Positions 23,034-33,166 of a stretch of 33,166 nucleotides of DNA are shown piece after piece. Source of the DNA: Atractiella rhizophila (lineage: Eukaryota). The notes under the pieces were generated by a model. The model ran no database searches and was not told where the DNA came from. It saw only the letters and a program-made list of their open reading frames with translations. How positions within the stretch are numbered: position 1 is the stretch's first letter; the number at the start of each line of letters is the position of its first letter. The position numbers and the translations under genes are program-made. The stretch is from contig MU271298.1 in assembly GCA_021432655.1 (NCBI GenBank), positions 62,104 through 95,269 of the forward strand, written 5' to 3'.

Positions 23034-25926
23034 ATGGCTTCCAAGGAGGAGACTCACTTTTGGCAATTTCTCCCTACGCTCGTGGGAGCGATGACGAGTC
23101 CAGACGCGCACAAGAGGAGCGTAACAATAGTGAAGAGGAGGAAAACTTTGCGAATGAGAGGGACGTCGATGAAGTGGCTCAGGGTGAAGACAACCACGAC
23201 ATGGATGTGGACACAGCGGAACCGTTGGGGGAAGCGCCTAGCTCGGGAGATTTACTGTTGTTGTCGGAAGAGGAGTGTGAAGGTGGTTCTGACGAAGAGG
23301 AGGAAGAACGGATGGGCTCAGCTTGAAGAAGCAAGAAAAGTGTCACCCATCCGGACGAATACTGAAGCGCCGCAGGTCTCAGAAATCAGCTCGTTCGGAG
23401 AGGAAACGCCAGAAGCTGGACAACTCGGAAAGGGACCAGATTGCCAAGTCGAGGGGGTCGAAAGACTTTGCACAGGCGAAGGGGATATGTCAGAGGAACG
23501 GGAAGGCCGCGAAGATAAGGGACACCCCAAGAACCTGGAATTCGCTGAGAGACGATTCCTGGACATGTTTGCCGGCATTTCCACAGAGCATACGTTGTCA
23601 TGACTACACAGTTTTGTGTCCAGACTGAGGGATGCTGAATGGATGGAGTTGCCTGTATATGATACAGGTGATTCCGCTTTCGACCACATATGCGTCCTCG
23701 CGCACAGGATCTCCGACGTAACGAACGCGGAATCGTGGGTCGCTTTGACCAAGATGGTACAGACCATGAAATTTGCTATTGAGGTATATGAGTGCGTTTT
23801 CTCACCATTTGTTCAGAATTGATTACAGAGTAAATACACAGGTGGGAGATGGCCCGGCCGCGAGACCCGACGGCCAAGCGTCAGAGGTTCAATCGATCCA
23901 AGGCCCACCAACATCTGCTTAAGTTAATGGATAGTCTGGACTCTCGATGGAAAGAAAAGAGGAATACCGAATTGAAACTAATTCAAGACTTTCAGATGTT
24001 TGAATCAACTTTTGTTCTAGGCCTAAGACTATATCAAGCCTGTAGACATTGTAAATTTACCGTTTGGTTTTGCAGGACCGCAACTGATCGCACGGAGATG
24101 TAGTTTCACCTCATATCCTGCTCATTTTCAGTATGGAACCATCAAGCATCAAATCAATAGGGGATTTTGGAGAAAATTCATGGATGCAGGTGCAGCATGC
24201 CATTGCTCACCCCAACCTATACAACAGTGGCTTCGGTACCTACAAGGATGGCTGTACTTTGGCTCGTATGTGGATCTTGTCACTCGGACGGTCTGAATAC
24301 AAGGTCTTCAACAGAGCCTCACATAGCCATTGTCCAAGAAGAGATTATTCCGGTGCTGCATCAGCTACAGGATAATTTGACCATAACTTTTATGGATCGC
24401 GTCAACGGATTGGATACCATCAAGGATCAGAACTGGTGGCGTACGATTCGGATAGGAAGCCTGAGCCTCGGGACGTTGGACGACTTCGACAGCACCTAGA
24501 CGCCGCAGGCCCGTCCCGCAGTTGCAGGTATCCTTCGATGGCCTAACTTCGCTTGGAGGAAACAGGCCAGCCAAGGAAAAGCAGCCTCAACGCTCAGTGG
24601 TTCCCGAAACCGAGGTTGGAAGGTTCGGAACTCTTTACCATTCGCACCTCAGGCCTGAATCACAGGGATAGACATCGCAGTATTCAGCTTCGCTGTGTTA
24701 GATTGCGATTCATTGAGTTCGACGTTAACCAACATACGGTCGAACACATGCCCGGAGGACGAAGAGCGAAGTTGGAGAAAACTCAGGCATGTCGACTGGA
24801 TGCTCAACGCCGCAGCGTAGAACTAGACAAATGGGCTACAGTAGACAACATATTATCCAAGGATGATCAAGGAACATATCTAATAAGCGCCGATGCGCCG
24901 TATTTGCACTTTCGGGCGTCCTTATTTGAAGAGTAAGGGGATTTTACATTTCTCGTCTGCAGACAAAAAGAGGTCGTGGTTGCTACTGAGATTTGCTGGC
25001 GTTTAGGGCGGAAGCAATATTTACGGACCGAAGCAATGTCCCAGTTCTTCATCGATTTTGCAACTCCGTGCTCAGGCATGTGGGAAATCAGAAGATCAGT
25101 GAGTTACAATCATGACAGAGCTGTGCCAAGAGATGCTGATGGTAGGTGACAGGTCAACATACCAGAAGGATACTATTAGAAGTATAACCCTCACCACCAG
25201 AAGGGTCCAGCGAAATCGATCATCCTTTTTCTGCTTGTCACTTCCAGCTGTATCAACGCACGGGTATCAACCCAGATGAAATGGCTGAGGTCAGATACGA
25301 TCGCATGCTTATCAAGGGGGAACATCAGGTATAAGTCACCATGACATGGGAAGACTACTTAACGATTGTAATCTCAGATGGGCGTGTATGAGTCGCGCGA
25401 ATTGCAAGAATTGAAGGCTAGGTTTAGGGCTATGGTCCAGCACCTAGAACCTTGCTGGAGTGCTGTTGTCAGGAAGGTGAGCACATCACGTATTTGGTGA
25501 CAAGACTTGATGGTATCATATCCATCAGCTGGAAGAACACTTCCCGGAACAAACTGAATCCATGAGGGATCTATGGGATAATGTACCAGGGACCGTAGAA
25601 GGCTTAGGCCTAAGCGGCATATTCACCGGGGTGGTTCTCAACTACGGCGTCTCTACTTGGCTTCATGTGGACAAAAGGATCATAAGTTGTGCGTAGTCAT
25701 CCCCTTTCATGGTGGTGAACAGCTGGGAGGGTGGGAAGGTGGGGATCTTCTGCTGCCAGAGCAGCGTTTGAGATTAGAGCTGCTGGCTGGGCACCCGGTG
25801 ACGTTTGCCTCGACGAAGATGCTCCACTGTAATATGGAGGTCAAGGGGTGGAGAGGATCAATTGTCCTGCAGTGTGATTCATACTTGGAAAGGGAATTGG
25901 GAGTTGATCCCCAGGTGCATGACTGA
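23034..25926 (+). pseudogene. Large multi-exon gene ending in a TET/JBP-like 2OG-Fe(II) dioxygenase domain; frameshifted, start uncertain
   Basis: Introns 25329-25377 and 25477-25528 give FSACHFQLYQRTG..|MGVYESREL..|LEEHFPE..GIFTGVVLNYGVSTWLHVDK-(1-nt slip)-DHKLCVVIPF..GWEGGDLLL..G..V.F.S...HCN....WRGSIV. HxD at 25664-25672, distal His 25825-25827, Arg 25852-25854. Upstream acidic and basic low-complexity exons carry further lesions. Confidence 0.75.
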
Positions 25927-26133
25927 GGGTTATACTTTACTAGTAATGAACATTGAGTCCTTATATTCAACATCATCACCATAATCCAAAGTTACTGAAC
26001 CTTTGTTGTACATGAGCAGAAACTACTTGAGACAGCTAGGAAGTGGAGACCAAGGTAGTGGGGATTGTGTGGGTACCTGACGGGGGGGTTTAAGAATGGA
26101 TTGGCAGGAGATGAGTACGACTACTACTACAAG

Positions 26134-27720
26134 TTATCTGTGTAAAAAATCAGACCAAACAAGAAGTGTCTGATAGGCTATGGAGGAGAAAGCACTATTC
26201 CTAAGACCAATGATAGCATCTAAGAGAGAGGAGTTGGGAATAGAGGGAAGAGGCACTTTGGAAAAGAAAGAGAGATCCGTGAAGGGAGAACTAGCAGAAG
26301 AAAAGAAACCTAAGGATGAAATCAAACAGCTAACATGACCGCGAGAAAAAGGGAGACCACAAGAGCAAGGGCGGTTGAACCCGAAACGTCCCACCCTCCA
26401 CTTGATGACGAGCCTCCGCAAGGCATCATCAGGAATAAGGAGAATCCTGTCCACGAGAGAAGCCGTCCGCCGGAGAGGTGAGATGACGGAACCTAGAGTG
26501 CCAACAAGCTCAGATGAGCTCAGGAGGCGAAGCCATTCGCGACGAAGGAATGCCTGAAGTGTGAGAACGTAACCGTTGACCTCCTCGTTGGCCTGAGCAT
26601 TGAGAAAGCGAGCAAACAGTTCGCAAGACTGGATTTGTGGCACGATATCTGAGATAGTGGGAGCGGTTGGCCAGGGGGACACAACGAGGGGGAGGGCTGG
26701 GTTGAAGCGGGAAAGGGAGCGGAGGTGAGCTGTGAGACCAGCACCAAGCTGGCGGAAGCGCTCGCGAGGGGGAAGAAGGCCTGTGGCGGAGGATGCGAGT
26801 TTCCAGCGGTCAGTGGATACCCCGGCTATCCAGGAGACTGCGAGTTTGAAGTGCTGGGAGGCCGCCAGCATTCCGGGAGAGGAGGAGCGTCGACGCTCGT
26901 CGCAAACAATCCAGTAGTGAAAGAGTCCGTCCCCCATAGTCTGAAATGGGACGAACGAAGGTGCGGTAAATGACCAAGGGGACTAGTTCGTTCCAACTAT
27001 TCCCAACCACCTGGAGGCTCCCCAGGAAGCGGTCTTGCTTGTCCGACTTCTCCAAAAGCCAGGCCTCGAAGTCAATCCCGTTAGGACCCCGAGACATGCC
27101 GAGATACTTTGCGCTGCTGACCTGCTGAATTGGAGTGCCGTTGATACAAAGAGTGACGGGGAAGGGGGCAACAGCTTTACATTTGGGATATTGAGCTTCA
27201 TCCCGTTCTGATGAGACCACTTGCTAACTGTATCGAGCTGATGCTAGCCTTCATCGACAGTTTTGGGGATGCAGACAATGTCGTCGGCGAAGGAGGGAGC
27301 AGAGACAAGGGAAGAAGTATTTGGCGGGAGAGGAGAGGGCGACTGGGAGCTTGAGGGTGATGGCTGGGAGGCGAGGAGAGGAGAGGCAAGTGAGCGAGGG
27401 AGGAGCGTTAAGGAGGCAGACAAGTGGGTCAATGAAGAGATCAAAGAGCATGGGAATGATCGGACCACCCTGTGGGTAGCCGCGATGAATGGCAATGGGA
27501 AGTTGGCGCTCGCCGTTGACTACGATTGTTGCCATAGCATTATGAGTGCAAAGTTGCCAGACGAGCTCGCGTATAGCTGGTGGAGCACCTCGAGACTTGA
27601 AGTTGGCGTCGGCAATGTCGTGTCGAACTGACAGAAAGGCACGTTCGAAGTCCAGGAAGATCGCAATAATCCTCTCCCCCCCCTTCTTTATCCTCTGTTG
27701 TTGGCTCCTTGGGAGGATCC
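26134..27720 (-). mobile_element. 5'-truncated non-LTR retrotransposon (LINE): reverse transcriptase plus C-terminal Cys/His motif, frameshifted
   Basis: IFLDFERAF, GYPQGG..PMLFDLFIDPL, FADD, KYLG, YRTFVRP..DYG and WRVGRFGFNRPCSCG...RGHVSC across four overlapping ORFs; (GTA)n-like tract just after the stop. Confidence 0.88.
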
Positions 27721-29732
27721 GGTATCGGTATCGACAAGGAAGCTGATTCATTATGGCACAGCTTTGAGTTTGCACGAGCATTGCACGAGGTGACGTGGTT
27801 TTCACGAATTCAACCCAAGATCGATGGTTGATGGACTGCAGAACGACCACCTCTTCCTTTGATCTATTGCCATATTTCTGTTGTTACCATCAGCATATGC
27901 GGCTGTAACGATAAGGGACAAGGGATAAGTTCGAAATCAAGCTGTTCAGGATTCCTAATCATTAATCTTGCTTGTTGCCACAATTATTACATGACTGTAG
28001 GACAGAGGGAGAGGGTAGAGATCAGCCACTTTACGATGGATGGCGTGGTTTGTGCTTTATGGTTGGATTGACCGCTCTGATGCTGATCTATGCAGAAACC
28101 GATCGTAAATGAAATGGATGAGACGATGACTATTCAGATAGTCGACATCGTGAAAAAGGTGTCCGATTCTCGACCACAGACCAATGATTTCGATGTAAGT
28201 TTACTCGATTTCCAGCTTGTGGAGCTAATCCCTGCCTCAAGCTCTCTAGAGAAGTACGAATCAACATCGAAAACACTTATCCGGCCGACTCGTGGACTGT
28301 CATAATAGGCAGAGAATATGCCGTTTCTCATGGAGGCGCGTCTTCTCAGTAAAGTTATCCGATTGCTTATCTGCGTGCTCCCTGTAGCACAAGGACGAAC
28401 TCGTTTGCTTTGCGAGTACAAAGGAAAGATTTTCGTGAGATGCTTCATCCCATCTCCTCCACAATCTGACGAGTCGGCACTTGCATTTCAGGCAGTGCAT
28501 AGACAACCGAAAACATGATGATCAACTTGGATTGTTTCAGTAACTCAACTTCTTGGTCAATGTTTCTGATCAAGAAGGATCTCTTGATCCTTGAAATTTA
28601 GTCGACAATTAGAAAGAAGTCGTAAGCCTTGCACCAAATCAGATTGAGGGAGAATGAGGGAACCCAACAGAAGAATGGGATATCTCCCACTTCTTGCAGT
28701 GCTCCTTCCTGCCACAGCGTCTTTCAACACCGCCCAGACCGTTCCTTAGTCTCGAATCTAATCTTCGATGATGCTTGAAATAAAGAAATGCAGCGACTAA
28801 AGTAACAAATTCAGCGCTTGGGAGCGCGAAGAAGGCGAAAATGTTTCTTCTGTCGAAGGCTGGCAATAACATGGAGCTCATATCGCTTGCGATGAAAATG
28901 CAATGAAAACGAAGTTGAACTAAGCTTGGTAGTCTTGAGAAATGAGCCCTGTGTCTCTACTTTGGTGATTGCGAAGTGAGAACGAATCGTCGCTCTCAGG
29001 CTACATTCAACCGTGCTACTTGTTCCAGCGTTGTTTACTTCATCCCTCCACAAGCTAAAGCCCTTGCGCGTCCTCTCCTTCACCCTTCACCAGGGCGATA
29101 CTACTACTCCCTCCCTCATGCATACGTACCAACATGTGAACACTCCGTACCTAGGTTCGTACTCGCGCTAATTCAAGTGCTCCAGCAATCTGACGATTTC
29201 ACTTGGCCGAGAGCCTGCAGAACAGAAGAATTTAGACTGTCTTTGGACATTTGCCCCTTGTCCCTTGTCCCTGTAGGATTCAGAAATTTTCTAGTCGTGC
29301 CAGATATAGGGTTGCTTCTATCTGCAAGCAAACTTCAAGTCATTTAGCAACACGCAACAATTCAAACCTAGTGAAACGTACCCATCGTTGACTCTTCAGC
29401 GACACCTTACTCCCCTCTTATTTTCTTCCAATCAATCAAATATCCACTCATGATCAGATCATCCCACACTGCGACGGCATTGGTTGCTGTGAAATTTATC
29501 AATAAAACTAATCACGGGTATGTAAAAAGCAAAGACGCAAAGCTCCTACACAGTAGCAAAGCATACTTAGTTTAATTCACCACAGCGCTCGCACTGGCTG
29601 ACACTAAAACATTCACCCAGAAGAACAAGGGCTTGAAAACTTAGAATCACTCTTAAAAACCGACTAGATTTTAAAACGACCTGCCAACAGAACGGTAGTC
29701 AATCGAAGAATAAGAAGCTTTGGATTACAAAA

Positions 29733-30123
29733 TGTCAGGAACTAAAGAAAGGCAGGCAGATGAATAGAGGTGGGTTGCCGTCGGATCAGGGCGAGGCTCG
29801 AGGAGGCTAGGAGATCCATTGCTCGCCGTCAGGACCGACCTTCCTTAAAGCTTCAGAAAGGATCACAGCTTAACGAGAAGGATACAAGCCGACGGAGTTG
29901 ATGTCAGGCTTATGGAAAGGGTCAATGGCTGGGTGAATGGGGATTGGGTTCTGGGGAGGATGAGTTTCCGGAGCTCCGAGGTAATATGTGTTAGTTGTAG
30001 TGTGTTGTTTTGGTCATCTGCCTCGTATGACTCATATGAGTCATCACTATGTAGTTTAGTTCTGCCTAGGAGTGTTGGTGCTCATTATTGACCACCAACT
30101 ACTCCTAGCCTTAGATCCTTACA
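29733..30123 (+). mobile_element. Probable 5' LTR (~390 bp)
   Basis: TGTCAGGA ... TCCTTACA imperfect terminal inverted repeat (7/8), directly followed by a PBS; long hairpin at ~30064-30110. Left boundary inferred. Confidence 0.6.
30027..30044. promoter_or_regulatory. Two abutting Gcn4/AP-1 consensus sites forming an 18-bp palindrome in the LTR
   Basis: ATGACTCATATGAGTCAT = ATGACTCAT + ATGAGTCAT. Confidence 0.5.
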
Positions 30124-30135
30124 TGGTAGCGAGAG
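30124..30135 (+). other. Primer-binding site, initiator tRNA-Met type
   Basis: TGGTAGCGAGAG directly after ..ACA; TGGTAGC is complementary to the ..GCUACCA 3' end of fungal tRNA-iMet. Confidence 0.65.
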
Positions 30136-30723
30136 CTGGTGGCTAGGATTACACCCATCACCTTCCTCCTCCTCCAGACCACATTTTCACCCCTCCTGCA
30201 CTCAAATTTCGCTCAATTTCGATGATCAAGACAGATCTGTGATCCTCAGACCTTCCTTTACCACCTTAGAAGGTGTCTGCTTACTCAGGAATCAAAAAAT
30301 ATCGAAATCTATCACCTTACCACCCATCTCCTGCTTCAAAACGCACTTTGCCACCCTGGACTCAAACTTTGACGAATTTGGACGTTATAGGGCTTATTTT
30401 GATCGTGAAACACTGCGCTACAACTTTACTAGGAACCACTTTGGTCACAATAAGCGAAAATTTCGAGATAGCCACTCCATCACCTCCTTCACACCCCCAA
30501 AACGCATTTTTCGACTTTTTGAAGTCAGATCTGGTCTGATCTGGACAATTTTATCGCCATTGAATTCACAATAGGCTATTCTACTACCCTACAACAGATC
30601 ACCTTGATCAGAAGAGTCAAAATTTCGAAATTTGCCACCATCACATCATCATCACATCAGCCCCTATTACCCTTTCTGCATCACATCAGGGGATCTTAGG
30701 ACTCAACCACAGACTCTAGGAGG

Positions 30724-33166
30724 ATGTTTGGGATGGAAATGGCTCTTAATGGGTTGGAATTTGCTGGACTGAACAGTCTTGCTGCAGCAAATGATGTCAC
30801 TATGCCTCAAGCAAGCCTTGAGTGGATAGCAGACACTGGTGCAACTTCCCACATGTCTCCCCATCGCCATTGGTTCAGAACCTATCAGAAGAAGGTCATC
30901 CCTATCAGGGTAGCAAGTGGAGAAGTGATTTGGAGTGCTGGGATTGGGAGCTTGATCTTTGAAGCCAAGTTGGGGGAGAAGAAGACCACCACCATCACCA
31001 TCTCAGATGTCCTACATGTCCCCAAGCTCTGGAACAACCTCCTGTCAGTCTTCAGGCTCACCATCTACAAGGGAATGAGGGTCTCCATCAAGCACAACAA
31101 GGTTCTCTTCTTCCAGGGTCAAAAACTCTGCCTTACTGCTACTGTGGACTACAAGAATGGAAGCATGGCTGGGATACTTGATGGGAACACCCTTCCTGCT
31201 CCAGAATTTGCTGGAAATGCTTCTACACTGCCGATGGATGCCTCTCTGTGGCACAGAAGACTTGGACATCTTAATTATGAGGACATCAAGCGTCTGAAGA
31301 GGAAGGAACTTGTGAATGGGATGATTTTGGACCTGGAGGATGATCCAGACCCTATTTGCGAGCCATGCCTAGCTGGGAAGCAGCATAGGGTCTTCAACAA
31401 GTCAGCAGAGACCAAGGAGAAGGAAGTATTGGGTAGGATCAGCTCAGACCTGCATGGACCTCTTCCAGTCACTTCCAGAGAAGGATATCGATATTGGGTC
31501 ACCTTTATTGACGAAGCATCAAATCATTGCACAATTGCCTTCCTCAAGAAGAAATCAGAGGCCCCAGAACTCTTCAAGACCTTCAAGAATTGGGTAGAGA
31601 ATGTCACTGGAAAGAAGATCAAGAAGTTTAGAGAGGACAAAGAAGGCGCTTATTCCTCCAAAGAATTCGATCAATACCTCAAGGCCTGTGGTATCCAGCG
31701 CGAACAGACAATCAGGAACTCTCCTCACCAGAACGGCAGGGCAGAACGAGCCAATAGGACGATTCAGGAGACTATGGTTGCCATGTTTGAAGAATCTGGG
31801 CTTCCACTCTTTCTCTGGCCATCTATTGCTTCAGCGGTCGTCCACATTCGCAACAGATCTCCCTCAGCTTCGATCAACCATGCTATTCCCCACACAAAAC
31901 TCACTGGACTTACTCCAACCATCTCAAGATTCAGAATCATTGGATGCACTGCCTACGTTCAAGTTCAGAAGGATGAAAGGCCACACAGCTTAGGATCTCA
32001 TACTCGAAAATGCGCATTTATAGGCTATTCCCTTGCAGCGAAAGGGTAGGAGTTCTGGGATCCTGTTGGAAAGAAGGTCTACACTCGAGATGTTGCCAGA
32101 TTTGATGAGAGAGAGATGCTCTGCAAGGTCAGAAAGGAGAAGATTATGTTGGAAGAGCCACAAGGACCACTTGATGAGTGGAAGGAGCGTCAGGATCAGG
32201 TGGGAGATAGACAGAATAGTGCTCCAGCCGCTCCTCCAGCCAAGATTTCACTAGACGACGATGAAGAAGAAGAAGATGCATGGATTCAACAGCCGGGAGC
32301 ACCTCCTACACCTCGGGAACAACCCAGACCGCTTGGAATACAGTCTCCAAATCGATTTCAGCCCCTTCAGGTAGAAGAAGAAGAAGAAGAAGAAAGAGAG
32401 CCGTCTCCGGACCCACTACAGCTTGTGCCTGAACGCCCTAGGACACCACCACCTCGTCAGTACACCATGCAGAGAGATCCTTGGACAGGAGTTCACATGC
32501 CTAGATTCTCAGAGTCTCCAGACCCACTCCAGATCCACCCAACAACACCAGATCGACCTCCTCCAGCAGCTTCAACACCTCCCCCTGTCACCAGGCCTTC
32601 AAGAATTTATTCTACGAGTAGAGGACACCCTGTCGACAGATTTAGGACCCCAGAAGCGCCTCAAAGCAACGACGAAGGGTCAACAGACGAGCTTGGGATG
32701 TTGGTAAAGGAATGTGACATCCTCACTGAGCCAGAGGCAATGGAATATGGCTATATGCTTGTCACAGAGCATGCCATGAGTGCAGCAACAGGAGTAGAGG
32801 TCCCTCAGTCATATTCAAGAGCGATGGCAAGCCCTAATGCGAAGGAATGGCATGAAGCGACAGTGAAGGAGATTCAATCTCACTTGGACAACAAGAGTTG
32901 GATTCTGGTCAAACCGCCTAAAGGAGCAAAAATCGTTGGTTCTCGATGGGTGTTTGCGGTTAAGAAGAAGTCGGATGGTTCTATTGAGCGCTTCAAGGCC
33001 AGATTCGTCATCAAGGGGTTCTCTCAACGCCCTGGATTCGACTACTTTGATACTTTTGCATCTACGGTCAAATGGACGACACTTAGGACCATTCTTTCGC
33101 TCGCTTGTGTCTTGGACATGGAGTTGGAGTCAGTGGATATCTCTACGGCATTCCTTAAACGGCGAT
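30724..33166 (+). pseudogene. Ty1/Copia pol (protease, GAG-pre-integrase, integrase, start of RT), runs off the window
   Basis: WIADTGATSHM, LWHRRLGH, CEPCLAGKQ, SDLHGP, SPHQNGRAERAN. In-frame TAG at 32047-32049 (likely TGG); the same frame continues to SRWVFAVKKKSDGSIERFKARFVIKGFSQRPG and VDISTAFL. Extra A near 33157. Confidence 0.93.

Noticed and set aside
20382..23111. Arg/Tyr/Asp-rich ORFs such as RYDTIR
   Set aside because: They are translations of CGTAT/ACGG subterminal repeats of hAT ends.
13911..25926. Methyltransferase plus TET-like gene as a coupled writer/eraser system
   Set aside because: The methyltransferase is LaeA-like, not a DNA methylase; the genes are ~7.5 kb apart and separated by unrelated TE relics.
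27740..29500. Short ORFs and splice-like signals suggesting another gene
   Set aside because: No consistent exon chain or recognisable domain could be built.
17800..29700. KDZ or Plavaka transposase accompanying the TET-like gene
   Set aside because: No recognisable motifs found by eye in the flanking ORFs; a profile search would be needed to exclude a decayed copy.

Overview
Eukaryotic DNA, most likely from a basidiomycete fungus (short ~45-65 nt GT..AG introns; transposon and gene families typical of that group). The window is mostly nested, decaying transposons. (1) An 8.4-kb EnSpm/CACTA-superfamily (Tnp2-type) element at 847-9246 has CCCTGTCAAAA termini, an apparent 9-bp target-site duplication, a damaged transposase and a divergent second gene. 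(2) A 92-bp hAT MITE has a perfect 8-bp TSD, and internally deleted hAT relics cluster at 19.3-23.0 kb. (3) A LaeA-like SAM-methyltransferase gene abuts, at its 5' end, an LTR-less Ty1/Copia fragment that itself carries a 656-bp solo LTR with a 5-bp TSD. (4) A multi-exon, frameshifted TET/JBP-like 2OG-Fe(II) dioxygenase gene lies at 23.0-25.9 kb. (5) A 5'-truncated LINE follows it. (6) An LTR + tRNA-iMet-type PBS + leader is joined to a Copia pol lacking recognisable gag and runs off the window end. Family assignments come from motif recognition by eye, not database searches.
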